In this document: positions 9,524 to 19,399 of the stretch, piece after piece
How positions within the stretch are numbered: the stretch's first letter is position 1
Layout of the letters: each line of letters begins with the position of its first letter
Source: a virus
Lineage: Duplodnaviria; Caudoviricetes
DNA: 55,806 bases
Virus record (IMG/VR): IMGVR_UViG_3300018890_000004
Location: 1 to 55,806 of that record
Direction: 5' to 3' (one strand)
Notes under the pieces: generated by a model
Told to the model about the DNA's origin: nothing
Database searches by the model: none
What the model saw: the letters and a program-made list of their open reading frames with translations, nothing else
Program-made: the position numbers and the translations under genes

Positions 9524-9745
9524 CTACTCTATATTGTTTTCCTTGTAATATTCGTTCATTTTTTCGTTCCACTGCTGTGGAGACCACCCAAAATTAGCCT
9601 CCAATCGTTGGGCTATGATTTGGGCTGCAAACGTGGCTGCTGGCAACCCATGGTTAGTTGCCCATATTCCCAAAAGGTGATACTCAAACGGTGTGAGTGT
9701 TATTTCAAACTGGTATCTCTTAGGCTGCTTGCTTGGCGATGACAT
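9524..9745 (-). CDS. small DNA-binding protein, ribbon-helix-helix-like
   Basis: Strand-helix-helix pattern YQFEITLTPFEYHLLGIWATNHGLPAATFAAQII, GAGGA SD, divergent from the 9927 operon. Confidence 0.6.
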   Translation of the reverse strand: MSSPSKQPKRYQFEITLTPFEYHLLGIWATNHGLPAATFAAQIIAQRLEANFGWSPQQWNEKMNEYYKENNIE

Positions 9746-9926
9746 ATAGATAATCCTCTAGACGTTTTGCGAGTTTATGCGAGTTTTTCTATGGTAAAAA
9801 ACTCTCGACCCCCTTGTAAACGGGTTTCAAAGGGGTTATATTAAAAGAGTAGCAAGCGAGTTAAGAAACTCGCAGCCACATAAAGGAATTCTAACACAAA
9901 CCACCAATACATAAGGAATAGCTATC

Positions 9927-10610
9927 ATGTCAGATTTAGATAGAGTAGTCAAAAACCTTTATGACAGATTATACAAAAAAGGTTTCAACGTTCCCAAGAA
10001 CACAATCAAAGCTGCTGTTTTAGAAGTTTCAGCAGAAGGCACCCTGACCGATGAGCAAAAAAGCCAGATTGTAGAAAAGTTTATGGCTGTTACAGAAGCG
10101 GGGGTACAGGATGACAGTCAAGCTGCTTTACCATCTGATGAAGAAGTACTGAACGCTTATCACAATCAACCCCCTGTTGAGTCTTCGGCTATAACTCCCA
10201 CAACTCCCCCCGCTTCTACTCCTGGAGCATTGACCACATCACAAGCTAGAGAGATTGTTTTTGACCGTTGTGAGTCTATGGGTATTGAGCTTAAAACATC
10301 TGAAATCAAAGCAATTGTACAAGAGATTCAAGCCCAACATCTTGATGCACAGGCTGCTGTTAACTACACCATAACGGTTATCAAGCAGTTCATCAATGCT
10401 CAAGAGCGCCAATATACCTCTAATTTAACAGAGGGGATGCAGGAACTAGTACAGCACGTAAACACATCATTTAGAAATCGTGAAGCTGTAACTGTTAGTG
10501 CCTTTGAAAAGGTAAAGGGGGAATTGACAGAGGCAGCCTCTGCTTACAAAAGTTCTACAGTCAACTATACAGCAGACCTTCAGGAGTATTTCTCGGATAA
10601 AATCGCTTAG
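9927..10610 (+). CDS. hypothetical helical protein
   Basis: 227 aa, AAGGA SD, first gene of the membrane/ATPase cluster. Confidence 0.8.
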   Translation: MSDLDRVVKNLYDRLYKKGFNVPKNTIKAAVLEVSAEGTLTDEQKSQIVEKFMAVTEAGVQDDSQAALPSDEEVLNAYHNQPPVESSAITPTTPPASTPGALTTSQAREIVFDRCESMGIELKTSEIKAIVQEIQAQHLDAQAAVNYTITVIKQFINAQERQYTSNLTEGMQELVQHVNTSFRNREAVTVSAFEKVKGELTEAASAYKSSTVNYTADLQEYFSDKIA

Positions 10611-10690
10611 TCAAAAGCAAATTTTGGACTACTGCATCTACTTTTCAATAGGTTTACCCGTCGTTTTCTTATTCTCAATCATGCTTATTT

Positions 10691-11053
10691 ATGGAACGGA
10701 TACCGCAAAAAATAGGGGAGAACCTACAACCCCTACAGGATTTGAAGAATCTATCACCGACTACAAAATTCAAAATATCCAGCAACGGCGATATTGAAGT
10801 AGAAGGAAAGATGGACGAAGAAGCAAAAGAGATAATTACAACAGCGCTACAGCAAGCAGAATTTTACAGGCAAAAAGCTGCACAACTTGAACAAGAAAAA
10901 ATAAAAAAGTCTTCTGAAGTTGACGCTGTTGTCGTTGTTTTTATCTCTTCATTGCTGGCTGTTACTATGTTGCTTTCTTACATGGTAGTGTCAGCAGTAT
11001 CATCAAAGTTCACTAAACAATCATCTATCACGGTAATTATTAAAGGAGTCTAA
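10691..11053 (+). CDS. membrane protein (C-terminal TM helix)
   Basis: Hydrophobic AVVVVFISSLLAVTMLLSYMVV. Confidence 0.7.
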   Translation: MERIPQKIGENLQPLQDLKNLSPTTKFKISSNGDIEVEGKMDEEAKEIITTALQQAEFYRQKAAQLEQEKIKKSSEVDAVVVVFISSLLAVTMLLSYMVVSAVSSKFTKQSSITVIIKGV

Positions 11054-11055
11054 TC

Positions 11056-11502
11056 ATGTTCAATAATCAACAGTCAACGGGTTCTGGTTCTGGAAGCGGG
11101 GGAAGCATCATCAAGTCTGGTTACAATATTGGCGGTTCTCTGTCTGGTATGGGAGGGCTTAGAGACGGGTTTAAGGAAGCTCTGACACTTCAAGCTAGCG
11201 ATGCAAATATGGAGACAGTCGGCAAGTTTGCTGAAATTGAAGGCAAGTATAGAGGTTTTAACGCCATGCTTAGACGTGCCTCTAAGATGAAGCTGGCAGC
11301 AGGTAGGGCAATTAGTCAAACTTACGGTACTTATTTGGGTCATGCTAACCAAGCAGCTCAGCAAGAGCTTAACTGGCAAAAAACAACTGCTACCAACCTT
11401 GAGCGTATGAGTGAAACTATGGTTGATTTACACTCTACTGAAAAATCACACAGTGGTTTTGCTCTTTACTGCGACCAAGCCGACAAGCTAATCCAATATT
11501 GA
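11056..11502 (+). CDS. hypothetical protein, Gly/Ser-rich N-terminus
   Basis: AAGGAG SD, 148 aa. Confidence 0.75.
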   Translation: MFNNQQSTGSGSGSGGSIIKSGYNIGGSLSGMGGLRDGFKEALTLQASDANMETVGKFAEIEGKYRGFNAMLRRASKMKLAAGRAISQTYGTYLGHANQAAQQELNWQKTTATNLERMSETMVDLHSTEKSHSGFALYCDQADKLIQY

Positions 11503-11566
11503 GAACGAAACGGGCATCTACGCCCGTAGTAGTCTAAAAGGCTACCTGACGAGTTCTAGAGGTTAA

Positions 11567-11818
11567 ATGAGCGCTAAATCTTTCACAATAGGCAACTACA
11601 CCATAACCTATGCTGCCATTAGTCACATAGTTTGGGGGTATGATGAGCATCGTAATTTAGAGGTGCAATTTGTGATGATTCCAGGTTCCATTATCCGGCT
11701 TACATTTGGCTCTGTAACCTCTGGATTAGAAAGAATGATAGAAGTACTGGTGAGGAACAGTTTACTACCCTCATCTGGTCTTCCCGACGCTGTAGATGAG
11801 TTTCTAAATAGGATTTAA
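11567..11818 (+). CDS. hypothetical protein
   Basis: GAGG SD, 83 aa. Confidence 0.7.
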   Translation: MSAKSFTIGNYTITYAAISHIVWGYDEHRNLEVQFVMIPGSIIRLTFGSVTSGLERMIEVLVRNSLLPSSGLPDAVDEFLNRI

Positions 11819-11822
11819 ACCA

Positions 11823-12176
11823 ATGACTTATCCAAAAATTACCCGTATCACTTGCGAAGAGTATCAAGAACGTATTGTAGAGTTATCCAAAAGCTACAAC
11901 ATACCCTTAAGCAATCGTCTAAGCGTTTATCAGTGTGGACTTGCTGAGGAAGCGGGGGAAGTAGCCGGACTACTAAAACGTTTTTATCGCGGTGACACCG
12001 ACCATAGCACGTTTGCCCCCCGCTTAACAAAAGAGATAGGCGATATGTTCGCTTATGCTGTTTTGTTAGCACGCGTTTTTAACATAGATTTTGAGGATAT
12101 TTTGTTAGAAAATCTTGAAAAAATTGAAAAGCGTTTAGAAGAAGGTAAACAATTAGGTGAGGGTAGCGACCGATGA
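11823..12176 (+). CDS. mazG: MazG-like nucleotide pyrophosphohydrolase
   Basis: GLAEEAGEV...KEIGD motif and a C-terminal G.GSDR tail. Confidence 0.88.
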   Translation: MTYPKITRITCEEYQERIVELSKSYNIPLSNRLSVYQCGLAEEAGEVAGLLKRFYRGDTDHSTFAPRLTKEIGDMFAYAVLLARVFNIDFEDILLENLEKIEKRLEEGKQLGEGSDR

Positions 12177-12523
12177 GTGTTGACAATCGTGCTGTACTAT
12201 TTCTTGGATATCAACAGTTTGAGGTGCTAAGTACAAATCCATTGATGGATGGTGATGAGGTTGAGAAATATTTGCAAGATTTAAATTGTGATAGAGGCTA
12301 CTATGAGCATGGCTCTATACTTTATAGACCGATTGTATGGTATTGGTCATCTTCACATGAAGAATTTCTAATAGGTGTTTTACTTGGCGAATCTGGCTCT
12401 TATAAGTCAGTACAGCTTTGTATGGACGATTTAATGATAAACGTTCCCGTACACCGTGAGCGTTTGAGGGATATTTTCAATCATCGAGAACCCAAGCTTT
12501 ATCTATTTAATCAACAAGATTGA
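12173..12523 (+). CDS. hypothetical protein
   Basis: ATGA overlap with mazG. Confidence 0.7.
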   Translation: MSVDNRAVLFLGYQQFEVLSTNPLMDGDEVEKYLQDLNCDRGYYEHGSILYRPIVWYWSSSHEEFLIGVLLGESGSYKSVQLCMDDLMINVPVHRERLRDIFNHREPKLYLFNQQD

Positions 12524-12606
12524 GTAAAGCTGCTTGACAAAACACAATCGTCTAGATAATCTTATAGATAGCTAGACGATTTTACATAAATATAGAGGAA
12601 AAAATC

Positions 12607-12924
12607 ATGGACGAACAACAAGCCCCACAAAAAGTAAACCACATCTTTTGGATAAGCATTCGCTGGTCAACTTATACAGCCATTTCAACAATAATTTGCT
12701 TAGCCTGCATATTACCTGTTACTCGTTGGGCTGCTGGCTTGGTGCTTCTCTGTTACACAGGTTATGCAGTATCAGAGGTGTTTAAAGATTACGCACGGAT
12801 ACAACAAGAGCGCCAGCTACAAGGCAAGACAGCTTTTAACTTTGCCGTCATTAACAATGGTCTAGAGTTTGTCTATTTGGTTATGGCTGTTTTAATCGGT
12901 CTTCTCTGCGGTCTTGGATTGTAA
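12607..12924 (+). CDS. membrane protein (about 3 TM helices)
   Basis: Three hydrophobic segments, GAGGA SD. Confidence 0.8.
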   Translation: MDEQQAPQKVNHIFWISIRWSTYTAISTIICLACILPVTRWAAGLVLLCYTGYAVSEVFKDYARIQQERQLQGKTAFNFAVINNGLEFVYLVMAVLIGLLCGLGL

Positions 12925-12951
12925 TAATTACTTAAATTTTAGAGGTGTGAA

Positions 12952-14685
12952 ATGTTAAAGAAACTTACAGGATTATCAGGTAAACCTTTCCTTGGCGATG
13001 AAATTGACCAACTGGCGGTAGAAGTTATTCAAAAGCGGTTTATACAAGCAGCTTTGATGATATCTGCTGCTGCATTTCCTATCACTGCGGCATTTGTTCC
13101 AAACCAGCCACAGCCTTGGAAACTAGGTCAACTGGGTTTAGGTTCTTTGTTGGGTCTTGCCTCTGCTTACGTGTCTAAACAGCGTGAAGAAGGAGAAATA
13201 AGATATGAAAGCAATTTGAAGCTTAACCGTTCGGTCTATAAGCATGAAGTTACAAACAGGTACGCAAAGGAGCAAATGATAGGAGATGTAGCGCGTGATG
13301 CCTCTGTAAAACGCGCACTGGTTCAAAGTGTAGACGCTATAACTTTACACGGAGTATTTGCATATGCAGAAAGATTTGGGTTGCCACAAGGATTGTTTAG
13401 CGACCTTGTACCAGCACAGCCCCCCGCTTCTGAAGATGAGGTAAAAACAGCCAGAGAGTTAAAAAATATAGGTATCGCTTCGCCAAATCAAGATTTAATT
13501 GATACTCACATAGATAAAACTGCTGCTGCTGTTATTCGGTCAATGGCTGCTAAATATCCTGATTATGTCAGAATAGATGGTCGTTGGGTGCTTGAGCTTA
13601 TCGAGTCATCAACAGAGCATAAAATGGGTAAGCGAGCTAATCACCACTTTTTGATAACTGCTGAAACCCAAGCAGGCAAGTCAACGCTAGCTGGCGTTTT
13701 GGCTCGTGGCATAGCTCAACGTAGCCAAGCTCCTGCTGTTGTTGCTGGTCATGATGCTAAAAAAATTCCAGGGATGAAAGATATTACAAAATGGTTGTGT
13801 CAATTTACGGAGGGATATAAAATTGACGGTTATGTTAACTCTCAAAAATGGGCTACTTTCCTTAGCGGACTTATGGATGAGCAATTTGAATTAGGTTCAG
13901 AAGCGGGGGTGACTATGGAGGGGGTGAGAGAGTTGGTAATTATACAGGATGAACTTAATACCATTTTTGGAGGTGGTAAAGGTTTACCCGGAAAAATAGA
14001 ACAAAAAACAGCAGAAATGTTACAGGGTATTTGGCTGTACTTGGTAACAAACTATGCAGGGTTAAAAACTCACGGGATTTTTATGGGGCAGTCACCATTG
14101 TCGGGTGACACAGGGTTTAGCAGACCGTCTTTGAAAAATCTATGTTTTATTGCCATGGGTCAAAATTCATCATACATATTGGATAACCCTAAAAACTTCT
14201 TGAGCCATACAAATGATGAGGTTTTAAAAGTCTTATCCACAGCTTGTGAAATGTTTGAGAAAGAGGAGCTTAGGTACGCTTTGGTACGCCCTACACGTGG
14301 TAACGCCTATGTGGCTATAATCCCCGAATTTGACACTGAAGGCATCTTAAACGGCAACCTAGACAGCCTAGATGTTGATTCTGAAGAAGTGGTAGATGAT
14401 GATGAACCTGAAACCGTAGCACCTCAAAAAGCGCCAGTGGCAAAAGTGGAAACACAATCACCAAAAGTTACTGCGCCATGGGAAACCACACCACCCCCCG
14501 CTTCTGAGTCTTCAGATGTTAACTTGATATTTGCCAAAATGAAATCCTGGATTGAAGAGTGTTACCTGCAATACGGTAGATATCCAAGACCGGAGCATAT
14601 CAAGCAAGTTTGGGAGGCAGAAACAAAAACGATACTTTCTGAAACAACTTTACAGTATTTACTTGAAAAGTTGAATTTAAGATGA
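12952..14685 (+). CDS. membrane-anchored P-loop ATPase (FtsK/HerA/VirD4-like)
   Basis: Two N-terminal TM segments, Walker A AETQAGKST, Walker B LVIIQDE, IFMGQS motif, Pro/acidic linker and small C-terminal helical domain. Confidence 0.75.
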   Translation: MLKKLTGLSGKPFLGDEIDQLAVEVIQKRFIQAALMISAAAFPITAAFVPNQPQPWKLGQLGLGSLLGLASAYVSKQREEGEIRYESNLKLNRSVYKHEVTNRYAKEQMIGDVARDASVKRALVQSVDAITLHGVFAYAERFGLPQGLFSDLVPAQPPASEDEVKTARELKNIGIASPNQDLIDTHIDKTAAAVIRSMAAKYPDYVRIDGRWVLELIESSTEHKMGKRANHHFLITAETQAGKSTLAGVLARGIAQRSQAPAVVAGHDAKKIPGMKDITKWLCQFTEGYKIDGYVNSQKWATFLSGLMDEQFELGSEAGVTMEGVRELVIIQDELNTIFGGGKGLPGKIEQKTAEMLQGIWLYLVTNYAGLKTHGIFMGQSPLSGDTGFSRPSLKNLCFIAMGQNSSYILDNPKNFLSHTNDEVLKVLSTACEMFEKEELRYALVRPTRGNAYVAIIPEFDTEGILNGNLDSLDVDSEEVVDDDEPETVAPQKAPVAKVETQSPKVTAPWETTPPPASESSDVNLIFAKMKSWIEECYLQYGRYPRPEHIKQVWEAETKTILSETTLQYLLEKLNLR

Positions 14686-14932
14686 TAGTATAGAGAAACA
14701 TATAGGTTCCTTACGGACGTGTTCTATATATACCCTCATGTGACTGGTACGCATGGGGGGTTTTTTTATGGGTGCTTGTTATGGGTTTCTCTATGGTAAA
14801 AGCTAAAAATGCTAGATAATCTTATAGATAATTGACTAGATTGTATTGACGAATGACTAGATGATTGTTACTATTTAAATATGCCAAACGAAAGGCAGTC
14901 AAAACTAAAAATCAAAACCGAGAATCTAAATC

Positions 14933-16333
14933 ATGGCTAACAAGTACGCTCTATCCTCACTTTTCCAATCTATCGCTTCTTCTGATTTTCCATACGACCA
15001 CCCAGAAAACGCTTATCAATCTGGAAACGCTACAAAAGTATTTATTGACGGTTCTGTAGTTGACCCTGAAGAACAGTATATTTTTGATATCTTTCTACAC
15101 TCTCTTGAGATTGACCCTGAAACGGTTGATAACTATGGTGTAGCTACTTATGAGAATGACGTTTTTACTGGTCACTGTCCGGCGTTCTTTGGCATACGTG
15201 ACGGTCAAATGGGAATCGTTATAGGTTCAAGAAATGATAAGTTTGGAACCTCAGACACGTTTGTTCCCTGTACAGTAGAGCGTGAAGAGGTTAAGCGTGG
15301 AAAAGCTAAAACATGGGAATACGTCTACACTGTAAACGGTACACCTATCGTTTTAGAAGAGAAAACCGATAACAAGGGTGTAGGACAAGGTAAGTATTTT
15401 CTAACTGTACAACACGTTGCTGTTGATGAGGCTAATGATTATCGTGAAGAATATCACTTTTCTTTACCCTTTCTAATTGCTAAGCGTGAATTTCAAAAAG
15501 GCGAGGTTGAAAAACTCTTCTATACTGGAAAGTTTGAAGAGTGTGTACGCGAGTTTGGAACAGGCAGCAGCAAGATTTGGCTAGCTTCTAACAAAGCTTT
15601 TACTAACTTGTTTAGAGAGAAGTCTTTCCCCAAAGGTGGCGTGTTGTTGATTGCAACTCAAGGTGAATACAAAATCACCCTGGCTGGTAGTCACCCAAAC
15701 ATCACATCTGACATTCACCAAACAGACTGGCAGATTGTTGCATCTTCTCACCCTGAGTTGTTGGTGAGCTATCAAAATAAAGACAAGCAATGGGATATGT
15801 GTACACTGTCAGAAGCCACTAACATCCAGTTTTCGGCAGCACAAGTTAAGAACGAGGGGTACACTTGGTTAATCAAGCGTATCAGTGAAGCAAAAGGTAA
15901 GCTCAATCCTGATTTAAGCATTCCTGCTGGCTTGCCTGCAATTGAAACAGAATTGATTGACAGAAACTTGTATACTGGTTACGTGCTTATTCATATCGTC
16001 GAACCATCGAGCGTTAAGATTGAAAACAGCCCAGTAAACACAGTTACAGACATTCTTGACCGCGCTTTGGTGAAAGTTAAGCCTTATCCTCATTTGATGC
16101 CTTCTCTGCAAGAAAACGCTGAAAGCTTTCGTCAAGCAGCTTTACCAACAGGAGGTAGAGCGATTGCAAGAAAGCCTATCACAAGACAAGTTACACCAGC
16201 ATCCACCCCCGCTTATACAGCAGAACAGGAAGCAGAAGCATACGCTTCTATGTCAATGAATTCTGGCTACCCTGTAGCACCTTCTACAGTGCCTACCAAT
16301 GGTAAAATTGCTGACCCTTTAGGCGACTTCTAA
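14933..16333 (+). CDS. hypothetical protein, possibly ssDNA-binding
   Basis: 466 aa, beta-rich, with a flexible tail ending DPLGDF. Own operator-promoter, upstream of the helicase. Confidence 0.75.
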   Translation: MANKYALSSLFQSIASSDFPYDHPENAYQSGNATKVFIDGSVVDPEEQYIFDIFLHSLEIDPETVDNYGVATYENDVFTGHCPAFFGIRDGQMGIVIGSRNDKFGTSDTFVPCTVEREEVKRGKAKTWEYVYTVNGTPIVLEEKTDNKGVGQGKYFLTVQHVAVDEANDYREEYHFSLPFLIAKREFQKGEVEKLFYTGKFEECVREFGTGSSKIWLASNKAFTNLFREKSFPKGGVLLIATQGEYKITLAGSHPNITSDIHQTDWQIVASSHPELLVSYQNKDKQWDMCTLSEATNIQFSAAQVKNEGYTWLIKRISEAKGKLNPDLSIPAGLPAIETELIDRNLYTGYVLIHIVEPSSVKIENSPVNTVTDILDRALVKVKPYPHLMPSLQENAESFRQAALPTGGRAIARKPITRQVTPASTPAYTAEQEAEAYASMSMNSGYPVAPSTVPTNGKIADPLGDF

Positions 16334-16365
16334 ACTCTCTTTAACTTTCCTTAACTTATCAATCA

Positions 16366-16394
16366 CAGCCAGCCTAAAAACTGGCTGTTTTTTT
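16366..16394 (+). terminator. intrinsic terminator
   Basis: ACAGCCAG-loop-CTGGCTGT followed by a T-run. Confidence 0.8.
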
Positions 16395-16457
16395 GTATAG
16401 ATGCTTGACAATCGTATAGATGATTGTTAGTATAAAGAAAGTTAAGGAGATAAAAAA

Positions 16458-18383
16458 ATGTCAGCAGTAGAACAAGTTAAACAAGCTATTCTGTTTTTAG
16501 ATGGGTCATGCGATGGAGCGAAATCTTATGACACTATAGGTTTCAATGCAACAGATTCTACATTTGGAAAATCGCTTGCACGCCAGCTTTTATCAGGTTC
16601 AACTCTTAGCCCAAAACAATTGATAGTTGCTCACAAAATGCTTAAAAAGTATGCGCGTACGCAACTTGCAAGCGGGGGTAAAGTACTGCCAACAGAAGAT
16701 GATTTGAAGAAAGAGTTAGGGGTATCGCTGGCAGTTGCTGAAAAGAGCAATGACCGAAAAGTTGACATTGTAAAAGATGCCGTAGAAGTACGCTTTAACT
16801 ACAACCCTGAAGTTTTGCAGGCTGTCAAATCCATACAGCCAAAAGGACGTTATCAAGACAATAGCAAAGGTAAATACTGGGTTTTTAGAACGGACGACTT
16901 AAAGCAGATTGTTGACAAGTTGCTGCCATACGGGTTTGTATTTTCACAATCAGTTCTTGATTTTATCCAGGTTGAACAAGAAAGCGAAAGGCTAGACAAA
17001 GAGGAAATAGACCAGTGTCTACAATGGTCTACGGATTATTTAAAGCAACTAATAGATACTTGGAATTGGAAACCTTTTGCACATCAATTGGAGGCTGTAC
17101 AATTTTTCCTCACACGCCGCAACAAAAAATGCATTATTGCTGATGAGCAGGGTTTAGGCAAAACTCTCTCATCATTGATGGCTGTGAAGTCATACAAGGC
17201 ATGGTTAGAAGAACATGAAGGTTATGACTCAATACCCGTTTTTGTGGTGTGTCCTGTCTCATTAAAGCTCAATTGGGTTAAAGAGGCTGGCATGGTTAAC
17301 ATGGCTATTGAAGCTTTTAGCTACCAAAAGATGACACCCCCCGCTTCTACTCCATACATCGTTATTTTTGATGAGTCTCATGCTTTTCAAAATATCAAAA
17401 GTACACGCACTGAGAAAATGTTAGATTTGGCATCAAATGATAATTGTCTAGGCTTGATTCACTTGACAGGTACGCCGATGAAAAACGGGAGACCGTCTAA
17501 CCTTTTCCCCCTGCTTAAAGCTTGCAACCATCGTTTGAGCGTATCTCGTTCTGATTATGAAAAAAAATATTGTGGCGCTTATCTAAACGCCTTTGGAGGA
17601 TGGGATAATACAGGGGCTACAAATCTTGAAGAACTTAGAAAAAATATAACAGATGTGCTGATTAGACGCACAAAAGAGCAGTGTCTTGACCTTCCTAAAA
17701 AGCTGTATACGGGTGTTACTTGTGAATCTAACCCAGAAGCTGAAAGAGAATATAAAGACAGCTTAGAGACACTTAAAGAGGAATATCAAGAAAGAGTAGA
17801 AGCGGGGGAGGTATCCAGCACAGCACAGGCAATGGTTTTCTTAGGCTACTTGAGACGATTGTCAAGTGTTTACAAGTCCTACCACACAATAAACATGGTT
17901 CAAGACCTTCTAGAGCAGGGTCAACCTGTGGTAGTGTTTACCGAGTTTAAAGAGTCAGCCCATCGCATAGCAGAGGCTTTTGGTGTCCCCCCGCTTACAG
18001 GTGAAACCAAGATGGAAGACCGTCAGCGCATGGTAGATGATTTCCAATCAGGTGAAACATCGGTATTTGTAGGAACAATCAAAGCTGGGGGTGTGGGAAT
18101 CACTCTCACGAACGCTAGTTACTTGATAATGAATGATTATCCTTGGACGCCCGGTGATTACCACCAAGCCACCGACCGCATACATAGAATTGGTCAGACC
18201 AAAGTATGCAACATTTATAATGTGTATGGTAAGGATATCGATTACTTGATGGCTTCACTTATTGGCAAGAAAACAGCCAACATTGACAAGGTGTTACACA
18301 AAATCAAAATCAAAGAGTCTGACTTTGAAAAACCAGAATTTTATCAAAAATTGGTAAAACAATTGATGGCAACAGCTAAGTAA
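16458..18383 (+). CDS. SNF2-family (SF2) helicase
   Basis: IADEQGLGKT, DESH, LTGTP, GGVGITLT and QATDRIHRIGQ motifs. Confidence 0.95.
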   Translation: MSAVEQVKQAILFLDGSCDGAKSYDTIGFNATDSTFGKSLARQLLSGSTLSPKQLIVAHKMLKKYARTQLASGGKVLPTEDDLKKELGVSLAVAEKSNDRKVDIVKDAVEVRFNYNPEVLQAVKSIQPKGRYQDNSKGKYWVFRTDDLKQIVDKLLPYGFVFSQSVLDFIQVEQESERLDKEEIDQCLQWSTDYLKQLIDTWNWKPFAHQLEAVQFFLTRRNKKCIIADEQGLGKTLSSLMAVKSYKAWLEEHEGYDSIPVFVVCPVSLKLNWVKEAGMVNMAIEAFSYQKMTPPASTPYIVIFDESHAFQNIKSTRTEKMLDLASNDNCLGLIHLTGTPMKNGRPSNLFPLLKACNHRLSVSRSDYEKKYCGAYLNAFGGWDNTGATNLEELRKNITDVLIRRTKEQCLDLPKKLYTGVTCESNPEAEREYKDSLETLKEEYQERVEAGEVSSTAQAMVFLGYLRRLSSVYKSYHTINMVQDLLEQGQPVVVFTEFKESAHRIAEAFGVPPLTGETKMEDRQRMVDDFQSGETSVFVGTIKAGGVGITLTNASYLIMNDYPWTPGDYHQATDRIHRIGQTKVCNIYNVYGKDIDYLMASLIGKKTANIDKVLHKIKIKESDFEKPEFYQKLVKQLMATAK

Positions 18384-18438
18384 AGTTGACAAATTAACAT
18401 CTGACCCTCTAAACTAAAAGAAGTTTAGAGGGTTTTTT

Positions 18439-18609
18439 ATGAACGGTGTATCTTTCCATCGTGGTAGCGGCAAGTGGTCGGCTGACGTAAAAGCCAACAG
18501 AAAAACGTTACATTTGGGACTTTTTGACACAGCACTAGAAGCAGCCAAAGTATACAACGCCAAGGCTCAAGAAATGTTTGGAGATTTTGCTAAATTAAAT
18601 ATTGTCTAA
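18439..18609 (+). CDS. stand-alone AP2 DNA-binding domain protein (56 aa, not in ORF track)
   Basis: MNGVSFHRGSGKWSADVKANRKTLHLGLFDTALEAAKVYNAKAQEMFGDFAKLNIV, with GAGGG SD and TTGACA upstream. Confidence 0.8.
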   Translation: MNGVSFHRGSGKWSADVKANRKTLHLGLFDTALEAAKVYNAKAQEMFGDFAKLNIV

Positions 18610-18667
18610 CACCTTGACAATCAGATAGATGTTCCTCTAGACTATGAAAAGGTCTAGAGGTTTTTTT

Positions 18668-18922
18668 ATGATTTTTAATGGTTCAATTGTTCCGATTGAA
18701 GTGTACCAAGATGAGTTACACGCCGATAACCTGATAATTGCCATACCATCAAACAGTGTAATGCCAGAGCAGGGCGATTCTGTTTACCATGCTGGTCATA
18801 AATTCATCACTGTAGAAGCGGGGGTGAGGATATCGGGCAAAACGATGATACCCTATATCGTCGTAAAGTCTGCCAATGCCGATTCAGTAAAGCAGCTTTA
18901 TTCAAGAGTAGTTGGGGTATAG
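18668..18922 (+). CDS. hypothetical protein
   Basis: GAGG SD before ATG 18668. Confidence 0.65.
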   Translation: MIFNGSIVPIEVYQDELHADNLIIAIPSNSVMPEQGDSVYHAGHKFITVEAGVRISGKTMIPYIVVKSANADSVKQLYSRVVGV

Positions 18923-18928
18923 AACCAT

Positions 18929-19294
18929 ATGCCAACTAAAAAGGATTATTCTCGGAGATATCCGGCTAACTATGTAGAAATATGTAGTGATGCTCATCAA
19001 GACATTGGACAGCGTTGTGTCTTATGCTTAAAAAAGTCAAAGGTTATACATCATGCGGCATATGGCAATGATAAACCTGGTTATACTGTTTTTCCTGTTT
19101 GTGTGCGCTGTCACAATAGTATTTGCCATAGTCCTACTAATTGGATAAGACACAAGGAGGTTATGAAGTCGCACAACACCCCCGATTTTACAGAGTATCT
19201 TAGGATGCAGTACTTATACGTACAAACAGTTCACAACCCTATACATGGTAAGCTAAAATTTGTCAAGAAAAAACGACGAACAAAAGCCAAATAG
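18929..19294 (+). CDS. Zn-binding HNH-type endonuclease
   Basis: CVLC...IHH...PVCVRCH pattern. Confidence 0.7.
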   Translation: MPTKKDYSRRYPANYVEICSDAHQDIGQRCVLCLKKSKVIHHAAYGNDKPGYTVFPVCVRCHNSICHSPTNWIRHKEVMKSHNTPDFTEYLRMQYLYVQTVHNPIHGKLKFVKKKRRTKAK

Positions 19295-19399
19295 TTTAAG
19301 GTTCCCCCCCGCTTCTACAGTGAGGGGTTTTTTTTAATAAAGCTGCTTGACAAGTGTCTAGATGATTGTTAGTATATAAAAAGTTAAGAGGTATACGAG

